Assembly: GCF_037042905.1 (NCBI RefSeq)
Contig: NC_087245.1
Coordinates: forward strand, 33,234,001-33,298,000
Origin: Lytechinus pictus
Lineage: Eukaryota
Length of the DNA stretch: 64,000 nt
Reading direction: 5' to 3'
Part shown: in pieces, positions 26,453 to 39,029 of the stretch
Numbering within the stretch: position 1 is the stretch's first letter
Layout of the letters: every line of letters begins with the position of its first letter
Notes under the pieces: generated by a model
The model's input: only the letters and a program-made list of their open reading frames with translations
Told to the model about the DNA's origin: nothing
The model's database searches: none
Made by a program: the position numbers and the translations under genes

Positions 26453-26973
26453 GGGTGCGTTTATCCGCCACTTTTTTACCCTATAATCATGATTCCAATC
26501 ATGATTCAAATCACGATTCTGCAGAATCACGATTGCGTTTAGTCGAAATTGAATATAATCATGATTAGAATCACAAACATGAACTACGAAAAAAAGGGCG
26601 TTTGGAAAGACGTTTCTGCAGAATCACGTACGAAAATGTTCGGATAAACGATATCGTGATTTGAATCATGATTATATGACGTCATTGTGTCGAGCTATTT
26701 CCGGTTCTTGCCAAGGCGCGCGCCCCACGTTGTCACATCACATGTACGTCGCCGACCTCCAATTAAGTGTCCAACGTTGACCTATACTTCCTGGGTCAAA
26801 CTGCGCACTGTGATGCGCACTGGATCGGTCCGAATCCGAGGAGAAACAGCGTTGGAACGAAGGTCGTCTAAACCCTGATTCTGTAGTAATTGTGATTCAT
26901 GTTTGTGATTTGAATCATGATTCCAATCATGATTCAAATCACGATTCTGGCTTGAGGTCGGATAAACGCAGCC
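26453..26973. mobile_element. PIF/Harbinger-type MITE, TAA TSD
   Basis: TAA|gggtgcgtttatccg ... cggataaacgcagcc|TAA (one mismatch); subterminal aatcatgatt repeats. Confidence 0.9.
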
Positions 26974-27123
26974 TAACACTAATCATGCCAAATGTGAAAT
27001 TAATTTCCCCATCAAAATGTGTATTTATCCATATAGACTCTCTTGGCTCAATTCAAATAATATATCATTTTGGGCCATCTGTTGAGAGAAGAAACTGGCA
27101 GAATGGAAATTGGTTGCACTTAC

Positions 27124-27161
27124 CTTGTACTCACACCGTTTGTGGCAAGCAAATCTACATA
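27124..27161 (-). CDS. TNS: Tensin-like gene, 38-nt exon encoding the second part of the C1 zinc finger, (V)CRFACHKRCEYK
   Basis: actttttgcag|TATGTAGA...TACAAG|gtaagt; phase 1 start matches the phase 1 end of the exon at 27660-27774; completes C-x2-C-x4-H-x2-C; similar from memory to vertebrate tensin VCSFSCHRKCQAK. Confidence 0.85.
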
Positions 27162-27261
27162 CTGCAAAAAGTACAGATATGAGGAAATGAAATGTTATTG
27201 GTGACATTTGCCATTTTCAACTGCTATCATTCATTAAAACGCAATGATTCAAATTTGTATT

Positions 27262-27640
27262 TATTCATTATTCATTCATTCGCTCATCCATTTATTCACT
27301 CACTCATTCATTCAAATATTGTTATTTATTCATTTATTTATTTGTTTATTTATTTATTTATCAATTCATTCATTCATTCACCAATTCATTTCTATTTATC
27401 TGTTTATTCAGTTATTTATTCATTCATCCATCCATCCATGCATTCATTCATTCATTCATTCATTTATTGATTCATTAATTTATTGATTCATTCATTCATT
27501 TTATTAATTCATTTATTTATCTAATTATATTGTAAATTGATTCACTTATTCATTAATACATTAATTAATCCTTTCATTTATCTATTTCCATCATTTATCC
27601 ATTAATTCATCAATTTATTCATTCACTTATCTATTTATTA
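27262..27640. repeat. Degenerate (ATTC/ATTT)n microsatellite filling most of the 498-nt intron between the C1 exons
   Basis: Direct reading. Confidence 0.95.
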
Positions 27641-27659
27641 ACATGTGGGGGATACTCAC

Positions 27660-27774
27660 CTCTGCATATTCTACCCTCATTCCATATGATCTCCTTACAA
27701 AAACCACAGCTATGGGGATTCCTGAATATCCTAGTCTTGAATGTATGGGTCTTAGACTCTACAGCTTCTTGAGG
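27660..27774 (-). CDS. TNS: Tensin-like gene, 115-nt exon encoding the first part of the C1 zinc finger (PQEAVESKTHTFKTRIFRNPHSCGFCKEIIWNEGRICR)
   Basis: Long polypyrimidine tract ctttctttttctcttctcttttttgtattgtttag|, donor GAG|gtgagt, open frame with H-x12-C-x2-C spacing; similar from memory to TNS1 [38 protein letters not shown]. Confidence 0.85.
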
Positions 27775-27924
27775 CTAAACAATACAAAAAAGAGAAGAGA
27801 AAAAGAAAGCATCATTAAATCGGTTCCGATAATGGTATCAGTAGTAGCTAGCTTATAAATTCTCACATTGAAAAACAAGTTCACACAGCATCCTAGCTAA
27901 AATTATGAATTCTAAATTGTGATT

Positions 27925-28050
27925 GTGGGAGCATCATGGTCTAGTGGTTCTGACTCTTGCCTTTTAACGAAAGGGTTTGAATCCCATCCATTACATTATT
28001 CCCTTCAGCAAGAAATTCATGCACATCATGTTGCACTCAACCCAGGTACC
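27925..28050 (+). mobile_element. Degenerate 5' half of a tRNA-derived SINE
   Basis: tggtctagtggttctgactc...gggtttgaatccc...gcactcaacccaggt matches the 15665 copy. Confidence 0.8.
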
Positions 28051-28656
28051 TGAAGGGTATAAGGCTAGAGACAGCATCGAGTTTACAATTTGTATAGTTA
28101 TTATTATCAAATAGAAAACATAATCATATTACAACTTTATATAATGACATTCTTCTTTTATATTACACAAAATGGATACAATCATCTCTTAGCAACTTCT
28201 AGTCATCATCACATTATGGGACTTTCTCCACTCCTTGTGGAGCATTCCAGCTTGGATTCATCTTCACACCACACAGACTTTCGAATCTTAATAGGTACCC
28301 GATTCAACACCTTTCAGAAAGTTACAAAGTGTAGAATGACATGTCAAAAGATGCTTGTTAATATCATGTTCTCATCTTGAGCACTTAGTCATCCAGAGTA
28401 CAAAGAACCTTTAGTGGTGTGCATTTGTGGGGGGGGGGGTACTGAATTATAGAAACACAGTCAAATTAGAAATGAAAAATACTAATACATGTACTAAATA
28501 TGGGACAAAATTAGGACCAAATGAACAGTTTTGAAAGGTTTGGTAGTTTCTATTTTTTATGAAACCAATGTGACAATCAACATTTTAACAAATATAAAAA
28601 GAACAAAATAATATTTCTTGTTTATTGGAGCCTAAAGGCTCTCAACTTAGTCTAGG

Positions 28657-29219
28657 CCCGGGGGGGGCCACTTACATTGACGAGTGGATACCATGCGCGA
28701 CCAAGAAAACACGTAAAAAGGATGTCTTTTTCAAGATAGGGCACGTTACGTATGTAACGTGATAAGGGTGTCAAAAACACAAAAAATAATGAAAAAAGGG
28801 TATCTATTTCGCTAAGAAAGCTACGTGTTTAGGGACACATTTGTGGGGATGATAAAACAAAATTAAAATGTTGTATAAAGGATGTCCTCTTGCCCCAACA
28901 CTACGTGTTTAGAGTCCCGATTTGCGCGAGGTGAGGAAGGTGGGACCTTACTAAACCAAATGGTGTGTAAATAAGGTAAAACCGACGACCGACGGAACCG
29001 TGACACAACAATGAAATATACTTGTTTAGGGGTTCATTTCAGGGAATAATTGCCAAGAGTATAGTTTTGTTTCCAATACTTGTTAAGGGTAGGGTTTCAG
29101 ACGCCAATACTTGTTAAGGGGTGCATTTTCAGAACATGGAAAATACGTGTTTAGGGTGCTTTTCGAGACCCCGTGGTCGCGCATGGTATCCACAAGTCAA
29201 TGGAAGTGGCCCCCCCGGG
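28657..29219. mobile_element. Non-autonomous DNA transposon with CCCGGG termini, ~45-bp imperfect TIRs and 8-bp TSD AGTCTAGG
   Basis: AGTCTAGG at 28649-28656 and 29220-29227; TIR core gtggataccatgcgcgacc / ggtcgcgcatggtatccac. Confidence 0.92.
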
Positions 29220-31435
29220 AGTCTAGGAGTACATGGATTTGTGTCCTTGTGGCTCTAACAGTCTCTGACAGGTTGTAGGCCTAATGAGTCTCCAGATAAA
29301 CAGGTTGTGTGATGGTATTTAAGACAGTTAATCCTTTAACTGTTCTCAAATACTTCAGAAACCTCTGAAGCTTACCTAATCTGATGTTTTTCTTAAGGAC
29401 TATCCCTAATCAACTTTAAGAGGGCTAATACACAATTATCCCTTAATTGCTTTGAAGGGATAGAAGAATATCATGCTCTAGCTTGGTTGTATCAGAAGCA
29501 TTTTGATCTGTGTATTTTTTTATGAGTAACATAAAAAGTTGAGTAACATATAAGTTGTAAGGTTTGATTTTAAAAATAGTATGTTAACTGCCAGGCAAAT
29601 CACTGTTTATTGCTTGAATACTACCCAAGGAGTGGTGATAGTGCATTCTTTGGGATAAGCCAAAATGTGATAGCCAGGTTGATAATATATCTATAAACTG
29701 CTCAGAGATGTAGAGTGTGATTAATCTTAGGCCTATAGATACATTTATAGAAAAAAAAAGATAACTTAAGAAATAAATCAAATTATCTCACAAGGATCCA
29801 GTGGTATATTAATTTGATTTCTTTTTATTATATTTATTCATTTATTTTGGCCTATATGTCAGTATTATTATTGTTATTATCATTATTAACATTCTATTTC
29901 TGGGAGGGGGTCTTGCCAAAATGGCTCTGAAATCTTAAGGTAATTAAATATTAAATCAACACATTCAAAAAATAGGTTCATCAAAAGCGGGCACCCCCTC
30001 GATTATGCACTTTCTAATGCTGACTCATGTCAGATTAATTCCCAAAGGTAACAGATCAATAGTTTTCATACTTTCTGACACCAATCAGAACATACCTGTG
30101 GGAGATCCTCCTCATACTCGAACATCATATTTTCACAATGCGGTATCGCCTTACATTACATGCATTCTCCACATGAAAACACCTACAAAGTTCACTGTTA
30201 TTATATCCGTGATTGACATTTCCAGCACGAGCTCAGAGTTTCCAGAGACGATTATCCCCAACGTGTAACAGATCAATACTAATTCAATTTAAAAGCAGCT
30301 GTACTTGTAAACAAGCAATATATTCTGACAGGAACATGCCTCACTATTATTGACGCCCTCTGAAACTGTGTACACATACTACTAGACTGGGGCCGTTCCA
30401 GGATCTCTCACCGCAGAGTCTTCAGAGAGATGACATTTTTATTGTAAGGAAACATTGAAATGAAAATAAACTTTGCTGAAGTGTTCTCTCTTCTCATGTC
30501 TGATAGAAAAGACTATGGACCATGAACACAAATGTCTCTTAAAACTACCGAGTACGACTATGGATCCATTGAAAAGTCCAGTATAGGCATATTCCTTGTA
30601 ATGACCATGTTCGTACTGTATTTGACACCTAAATCCTCAAGAAGTATTCCGAACTTTCTGCTCTTGTATTTCCAAAAAAGAAACAACTTTTCACTTTCTT
30701 CAACCCGGAGCGCTTGCGTGAATGCACGGAATCTGCACTCGGGCATACCATACTATGCTTACAAGTAGATTGTGTTTTGAACACCACTATTCACAATAAA
30801 CATACAACCATATTTCTCTCCTTATTCTCTATCCCTCCCTCTCTCTCTCTTTATCTCTCTTTTCTACACATGTCAGACTCTCCTTTATGTCCCTCAGATT
30901 TCTTTTTTTTGTTCCATCATGCTGAAAAGACTCCGCAAATTTACTTAAAAACCTTTCCATTGTTGACTCAAGCGATGTCAACTGTGTATAGGCAAACCTC
31001 TGCTGTGTGCAATAACCCATGCCCATACTATTTACCGACATCAATAGCGATCTCGACCGCTATTGAATGGAGCGGCTAATATAGCGTGCAGTTATGGGAA
31101 TTTGATAGAATTACAAATATGTCCCGAAAAGCTTCAGGTCTGGATGGGTTTGTGGGGGTAAACCAATTTTTGTTTCGGTGAGCATGTTGCTGGATGATAT
31201 TTGAAGACAAATAGAAGCTAATTGGGCATTTAGATTGTGGGTTGGATGTAAACAACGCAAGGTACTGGCCCATTTAACATTACCTTTTGAGTAATTAATG
31301 GAATCAATCATGAAATTTCTGTATACTCCAATTTTTTTCAAATAATGAATCTTGTAAATATTTTGCAAAAATATTCTTTAAAGGTATTTTTTAAAATACT
31401 GTCATCCGATGATCAGAAAGTTAATATGGCATGAA

Positions 31436-31605
31436 TAGGGCCCCCGTTGCATAAAAGTTACCATCATGGTATTCATCCAGTGGTAACTTGTATGGAATCC
31501 TTGATTTTGATTGGCTGCATTACTCATTTGATCAGCATTACTATGGTAGTTACCATTGGATGGCAAAGTTACCATAATAATAACACTAATGAAACAAGGC
31601 CTGGG
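31436..31605. mobile_element. Degenerate ~165-bp MITE
   Basis: gggcccccgttgcataaaagttacc ... aatgaaacaaggcctg; similar in layout to the element at 48984. Confidence 0.5.
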
Positions 31606-31963
31606 TCATCAATTGTTTCTATCTGGAAACCACACAGTAGATGATTAAGAGAAAAGAGGTGAATAATTGTTAATTGATAAACTATAATTAGACCATACCA
31701 AGATCATATAATTGCTTAATCTATTCATACATTTCAACTAACATTTATACAGTTTAGCGTGACCTTTACTTGTATTTCTAAAAATAACTTTTAAAAGAGA
31801 TTGATTTTCTCAGTAAAAATGTTTGTTCAAAATGAACACAGTTTCAATAGAAACCATTTCATGAAGTTTGGGAGTGGGATAAAAGAGGGTGTGGCGTGGA
31901 AGGGTGGGAGGAATAAAAAAAAGGGGGAGTGACAGTAGGTTCCAGGTATTTTCTGATCGGGAA

Positions 31964-32258
31964 ATGGCACAGTGGATTAGTCTCCGGACTTTGAAACAGA
32001 GGGTTGTGGGTTCGAATCCCAGCCATGGCGTAATTTCCTTCGACAAGAAATTTATCCACATTGTGCTGCACTCAACCCAGGTGAGGTGAATGGGTACCTG
32101 GCAGGAATTCATCCCTTGAAATGCGTGTGCGCTGTAATCTTAGTAATTACGGCTGCCAAGCTACAGCTGGGGTAATAATATGCAAGTCCTTTGGAAGTGC
32201 ATAGAGACATTATTCATAATTGTGATATGCGCTATACAAGATCTGTGTATTATTATTA
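31964..32258 (+). mobile_element. tRNA-derived SINE
   Basis: tggcacagtggattag A-box, ggttcgaatccc B-box, same core as 15665, (TAT)n tail. Confidence 0.9.
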
Positions 32259-32660
32259 CCCCGATCTGAAAATACCAGGTAATTTTGGACATGTGAAAGC
32301 AAATTACAGGTAATCTCCCCGAAAGAAAATACCCGCTAAATAGTAGGTACTTGTCAAAATTACGAGAACTTTTGCAGGGATTTTTCCAAGGTCACAGGTA
32401 TTTTGGCAATGTGAAAACAAAGTACGGGAACTGTAAGCACAGTATGTAGTAGGGCTTGGGCGCCGTGGGTGGCTGCTGAGCTAGCGATTTTGAATCTCGC
32501 GCATTGCTTGCTTATCAGACCATATATTACGCACGCTAATAACTTCCGCAACTTATCCCGAAGGACATGTTTTGGGGCGGTGTGAATGTGGGAATAATTA
32601 ATGGGTATTTACTTGCCTGAAAATAAGTTCTCGTAATTTATTGAGGATTCTTTTGTAATG
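32259..32660. mobile_element. Fragment of an interspersed DNA-transposon-like repeat
   Basis: 32565-32640 has an inverted partial copy at 33989-34060; internal aattacgagaact / agttctcgtaatt inverted motifs. Confidence 0.5.
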
Positions 32661-34520
32661 GGTCCATGTTGTGATGAGGCAGTTTGAAACCACCTAGTGG
32701 GGAAGGAGGGAATAAGAAAGGGTGCTGATCAATCAGGAAGGGGGTGATTGGATGACGAGGTACTGCATATTTTACTAGTTTTTAAACATGTAGACATAAT
32801 TCTATTTTGGCATTCACATAATGGCTATGCCTATTATATGTAAACAATTATGTTCAACATCATGTTAAGATTTCCCCTGCCAAATTACCATTATAAATCA
32901 TCGACGGCACAGAAATGGTAGGTTGGAAAACAAGTCAAAATGCCAATGGCATCAAACATCACTGGTACATTTGTGGGGTGGATGACAGAATGGGAGGCAA
33001 TGGGAATAACATGATATGACCCCCGTTCACATGGAAAATTTAATCCAAACTACATAACAGAGGACTTTGTATGGTTACTCAATGAATGGTTGGGTATGGC
33101 ACATATAGTGTGAGATTATCTGGTTATACAAATACAGATTGACTGAAAGGGAGGGGAATAGTTAAACCATGCATGTTTAACTGACTTTATAATGGTATTA
33201 AGAGTCAAGACGTTGTTATGACATTTCCCTTTCCCTATGCATAAGCCAATCTTAAAAAAAAAGTCATTCTAAATAGAATAAGCTAAATGAAATTAAATAC
33301 TTGAAAAAATTATTCAATTTCAGATTTAAAAAGAAATTTTGTATAGAAATACAAAAGACTGAGCGCTTTGGGCCATGTGGGAAAAGCACGTTATAAATAT
33401 TGAGTATTATTATTAATAACACATTCAAGCTCGAGACTGAAACACAGGCTAATGTAGGCTCAAAACCCTTGTAGTTGAATATACATTCCTTTACGACAAA
33501 TATGATATTAAATGAACCATTACCATAGATAAAACCCTTAGTTGTACTAATTATTCCTTTAATGGTATCTACAAGTTTGATATATAGTAATGGTACCCCA
33601 GATAAACAAACCTCTGAAACATTTCTGGGTAAATTGCCTATTAGAGAACGCCTGCATCTGTTTACTGTTAAATCCATTAACATTGAGCATGTACGTTGAA
33701 ATGTTTTGTGCATTACAAATTGCTATTTGTGTAAATTGAAATCACAGTTGTGACATTGATTGGACAGACTCTAAAAATAAGGAAAGAGGCTGTCATTGTA
33801 ATGGACGAATGTCATGGCAGACATGATGTCGGAATTTTAATGAAACATTGTTTCTGAAATGGTCCACGAGGAAAAAGAGCATTGATTACATGTCTTCATT
33901 TATGTTCCAATAAATAAAATAGGTCTTCCTTCTGACAAAAGAGAGAGAATAGTTGATTTCAAACTGCCTCAAACACAAGATTTCACGTTAAATTACGAGA
34001 ACTTTTTCAGGCTCAAAAATACCCAATAATTATTTTCACATTCACACCGACCCGAAACATACCATTCAGGGAAAGTTCTTGAAGCTAAATTATTTCATTC
34101 AGAATAATGGACCCATTGTATGTTAGCCTGAATGCTGAAAAACCAACTTTTCTTGTTTGCTCCAGTTTTGTTACAATATTAAAAATTTATTGATAAAAGA
34201 GAAGATTCCATTTTACAGCAACTGTTCCACACTAAACTTTGAAAAGATATTCATATATATAACAATCATGTATTTACAAGTCAAAGACTTTTCAAATACA
34301 TTAGAATATCAAGATATAATATAATAGCATGTGCTGTAATAATAACAATGACAATACAAAAGGCAATATGAAATTCCATACCTTATTAAGAAAATGATCT
34401 TCAAGTGACAGTAAAAAAATTGTGAACATGGAACTTACAACTCAATTGACATAACGCATAGATTACATTATAGTTTTGATATCAATTTCAGTGAGGTAAT
34501 ATGCAAGCTGAAATACATAC

Positions 34521-34850
34521 CCAACGATGAGGAGGGGACCTCAGAAAATTCCAATAAACAACTAAAGTCGTGCGTAAATTCCAAGAAGGGGACGAGATTC
34601 ACAACACCGCACTTCCTAGCTATGGCACAGCCTACACAGATAAAAAAACAATCCTTGTTCTGGAAGTGACACGATACTACCACTATACTCCCACCACCAT
34701 CGTGCACCTCTACCTCATATCTGTTTCATTTCAACACAATCAATTTTGATTTCTGTCGGAGTCGAGTCGCGGCGGCGGCGAAGGGCAGAGACATGTTGGA
34801 CTGCGAACAGATGGGGAGAGATGAAGATGATAGAGGAAAGGAAAGAGAGA
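34521..34850 (-). promoter_or_regulatory. Candidate promoter and non-coding first exon of the minus-strand gene
   Basis: Local CpG-rich patch (gtcgagtcgcggcggcggcg) and a minus-strand donor TGG|gtatgt at 34521/34520; no in-frame ATG reaches the donor. Confidence 0.3.
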
Positions 34851-37552
34851 GAGAAGAGAAATGGGAGACAAATACTTAGGGATTCCACAATGCATTTTTA
34901 TCGCCATAAAACAATCGGGGATGGGATAAACGTGAAGGGCATACAAAGAGAATGATAGTGAATGAATGAGGGGTGGGGAAAAATTTTCACCCACTTTCAT
35001 CTGTACGATTAATCTTAAATGTACAATGGGCAAGCATGCATTGTTTTTTTTTTTTATAGAAACCATTTTGTACCAAGATATTATTTATTCAAGAAATCAT
35101 AAAGAACCCTAGAAAATTTAAAAAAATGCACCAGAAATCTTAAGGATAACTTAAAAACGAATCAAACATAATCTTTTATTATCTGGGCACTACCTTTTTC
35201 AATTGATAAGGTTAGGTATATATCTACTTTAAGATGAAAACATAAATATACTTGATTATATAAAAAGAAATTGTTTACTGGCATACCATCAAACCATGAA
35301 AATGCATCTACATGATTTCTGGTCATTTTGGTGCTATTTACATTATCTAAGAATTTCTGTATGTACTGCCTTTTTCTAACTCTGTATTTTGAGATTCTTA
35401 CAAATATTGAGAAAATGGGCTTTCAAGGACTCAACCATTCACTTTCAAATGAGGAGTCACAAGATTCCAAATTGATCTTGACTTTTGAATAGTGTTCTAC
35501 CAGGGTAGGCGATGAAGGGGTGAATAGAAATCACAACAGGAAGAGATAGAATGGTAAAATAGAGAAAAAAAAATATTGGTATGCAGAGAGATATAGAGAG
35601 GGGGGTAGGGCAAAACTGGCAAATTGAAAACAATTTTTTTCTGTATCGGAAGTTGGAATAGAGCACAGACATCAAGACATGGTGTTAAAACTAGGAAAAG
35701 GGCACAAATTTATACCTCACCCTTGGGGCCGTTTTGTCTCTAGGAGAATACAAGGAAAGAGAAGAAAAAAGTTGTTAAAAAAATACGAAAAAAGAAAACG
35801 GAGGCTCCAGGAAGATATCACGTTCACGATGGTAAATAAAAAAGGGGAGATGGAGAATAAAAAGATTGAGAGAAAGAGAGGTGGCGCAAAAGGGAGAGGT
35901 GAAAAGAAAGAGTGAAAGAGAGACAAAGAATAAGAAAGAGAAAAATACAGAGAGCACATCAAGACACAAACTCTGACATATCAGGGCACAGCTGGAGATG
36001 ACAGTCCAGAGATAATTTTAGCGGTGAATAACTATGGACAGACGAGGGCTGTTCGTTTCATGTCCCGCATTCCGGGCTTGAATTGATTAGGATCCATACT
36101 CCAACCCCTCTCGTTCTATTGCTATTCCATCATTCAAATCAAACAAGCTCACATGAGAATCTTAAACCTCACAAACCAAACATTCAGGCATCTAATGACC
36201 ATGATACACTTTCAACCTCATTGTTCTTTAATACTATTTGTACTCTTTTTTCTGTCTTTAAAATATTTTAGACTGGTTTTAAAGAGCCACATCAAACCCC
36301 CCAATATATATATATAAATATATAAAATATATAATTATTCTGTTCTTTGTAATGTAATTTTCAGGGGAGGGGGCTCATGTTGTATTGCAATACATGTTTG
36401 AATAAATTTCCTTTAATGTTTAAATATTTTCAAATTTAAATATCTTTAGTGTTTATTGATATACTTTTTACATTATTGTGTATGGAATGCCAGTGGAGGA
36501 CAAATTTCTATGTTTTTTATATGGACCAGTAAATTAATCTGAATCTGAATCTAGAACTTTTTTCAAATTCAAACTCAATATGATATTAGTCTTATTTGTT
36601 CTTTGATCATAAAAAATCATAATTCATTATAACTCCTAGAAAGTTGGCTTTTCATCAAAAGTGGGATATCAAGTTTTGAATTAGACTTTAATTAAAAATA
36701 CGGCCCTAAACTCAATAGTAATTTCCAAAAGCACAGACAGGTGTTTGATACAGAATGATAGTTTTGAGGAACTTTAAAATGTAAACTGGCCTTTGTATCA
36801 GACCTTATGTCTTATCATTTAAGGAAAATCATTTACGGGACAGCTTACTAGGTGGACAGAGTACATCATAAATGGTAGTCACATATGGTCAAATTAAAGG
36901 TCAAAATAACTTATAAATTCATCCATTTCAAAAGTGTTTTACCTGGTATTGAAAAGAGAGGGAGAGAGGGGGGGGGGGAACCAAGCCAGATGATAGCAAT
37001 TTAGATTATCAAATATTACAGGAGCAGCATAAAATTATGAATATGAAAGTATATAAATATATAGGCGGTTATCTATCAATATATACATGTATGCTATCTC
37101 TCCTGTTTTTCACATGAGGGATATGTGCAATGATCCAATGCTCTGCTCTTGGCTACTATTTCATAATTGCAAGTATTAATTATGAGGATTTCAATTTAAA
37201 ACTAATTTAATGGCAGAAATCAGCATCTTTAGAGATTAATGAGTGACTAAACGTAAACATGGTCGGCCGTGTATGTTTTATATTAGAGCTCAGAGTCAAA
37301 TATGAAACTAATATAAACAGGATACCCTATACCTAACGTTGATATAGCTTCAATTAGGAACTAATATGATCAGGGTCATTTCACATTGAAGATTTAATCC
37401 GAAATAGATGTGAATGGGGTACATTCAACCTTTCCCGATCAGAACACTACGGTTCTCTACTCGAAATGATGTGATGCAGGAAATTTGCAACTGCATTTTG
37501 GAATAAAAATAATGAAGTGGTTACGATAAATGTTAGGGATAACTTTCAGATA

Positions 37553-37785
37553 ACACTCTCAATTCCAAGAATTGAAAATAATTCCAGATCGACTGTGAAT
37601 AGTGAACGGCCAAATATTAGAATTAGATTTAATAATATTGATTTATAAATAAAGCTAAATGATTTGAATTTAAACCTTTTGAGATTAAAAAGTTTATCTA
37701 TAAGATAAGATTTAAATCCAATATTTGGCTGTTCAATATTTAGAGCTGATCTGGATTTATTTTAAATCCTGAAATTTAGAGAGTA
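37553..37785. mobile_element. AT-rich MITE; related partial copies near 53040-53190 and 61300-61460
   Basis: Imperfect TIRs actctcaattccaaga / tcctgaaatttagagagt; gactgtgaatagtga...ccaatatt shared with the copy at ~61316. Confidence 0.6.
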
Positions 37786-38204
37786 GGGATTGTGTTCAGC
37801 TTAATGTGCATATTTTTCACATTAAGTTGAACATAATTCCTACAAATTACAACTGCACTGTATGCTGCAGCAAACAAATTTATTACCAACCTAATGTGAA
37901 CAGGGGTTTGGCATCCCAAGTGATGCTATGATAAGTGGCTAGGTATTGTGCAACGTAAGAGATTTGTGGAAAGGAATTGTCATGTCGCTATTGTCAATAT
38001 CACTCAACGCATGCTGGTTTGAAAAGATATAGGCCAACCTAGCTTCATAATGATCATACTCATTACAGAGCATTTTGGAATTTAAGGAGTATCTGTTCAG
38101 GAGTAATGGAAGAAAACAGTAAGCGCACCATATTTTCAAGTATTATGATATGAATTAAGAACAGAAAATACAAATATCAGGGTCTGAACCACAAAATTAG
38201 TTTT

Positions 38205-38636
38205 ATTTATTATCTCGTACTTTCTGAAACTAGTTTTGTGGAAGCCGGTCCAGGAAACCAGTTTGGAAGATTGCTTTGTGAGCATTCTCATTTTATCACC
38301 CGAAAACCACTTCGCATAAAGCGGTCTTGTTGCTCTGGAAACGCTCTCAGTGGGGTGACATGTTTTGCGTGAGATTGGAAATCGACCTAGATGTTCTACA
38401 TACAGAGTGTGGGATAGAACGCTCAAAATGTGCTGGTCGCTTCCTGAAGAACGATTGTATCCTCACTTATGCTACAACAAGTTTAACTAGGCAAAGCAAT
38501 CTTGAAAACTACATCGCGAGGTGCTTATCCAAACCGGTTTGGAAAATCGTTTCCACGACCGTTTTAAGTGTACTTATTACACATAAAACTAGTTTCCAGT
38601 AAACTAGTTTTAGGATGGTAATGAGAACGGGGTCTA
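38205..38636. mobile_element. Partial DNA-transposon-like repeat (right end intact)
   Basis: Repeated aaactagttt/aaaccggttt palindromes; ends taatgagaacggggtc|taa; left TIR not found. Confidence 0.5.
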
Positions 38637-39029
38637 AGAAGGCCTACTCACCCCATACCTCAAACATCACATGCTTTTGAATTATAACTTTCAAAGCATT
38701 TAATAATTTTGCTCCATAAGTCCAAATCATGATCACTAGTAGTCGTAGTAAGCTGATCAACATCCCAATCGCTGAGTAGAAAGTCCTTAAAGGGGTGGTC
38801 CAGGCCAACTCCAAAAAATATTTAGCCCGTAGTAAATAATTACAGGAGCCATTTCAAAAAGTATTATCTCCTTACTCGACTTTGGAGATTTTTAAGAGCA
38901 TTTCTTGTAACGGTTATTTGGGGCAACATTACGTCAAACCCCCGTTTGGAGAAAGACCGCAGTTCAGATTGCAAACTGCGGTTCTATACCCCATTTTGCG
39001 TTTGTAAATCCCAAAATCATTTCCAAGCC

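Noticed and set aside
33264..33713. 149-aa ORF
   Set aside because: No domain; runs through a SINE-like tail and AT-rich sequence; at most an unrecognisable LINE remnant
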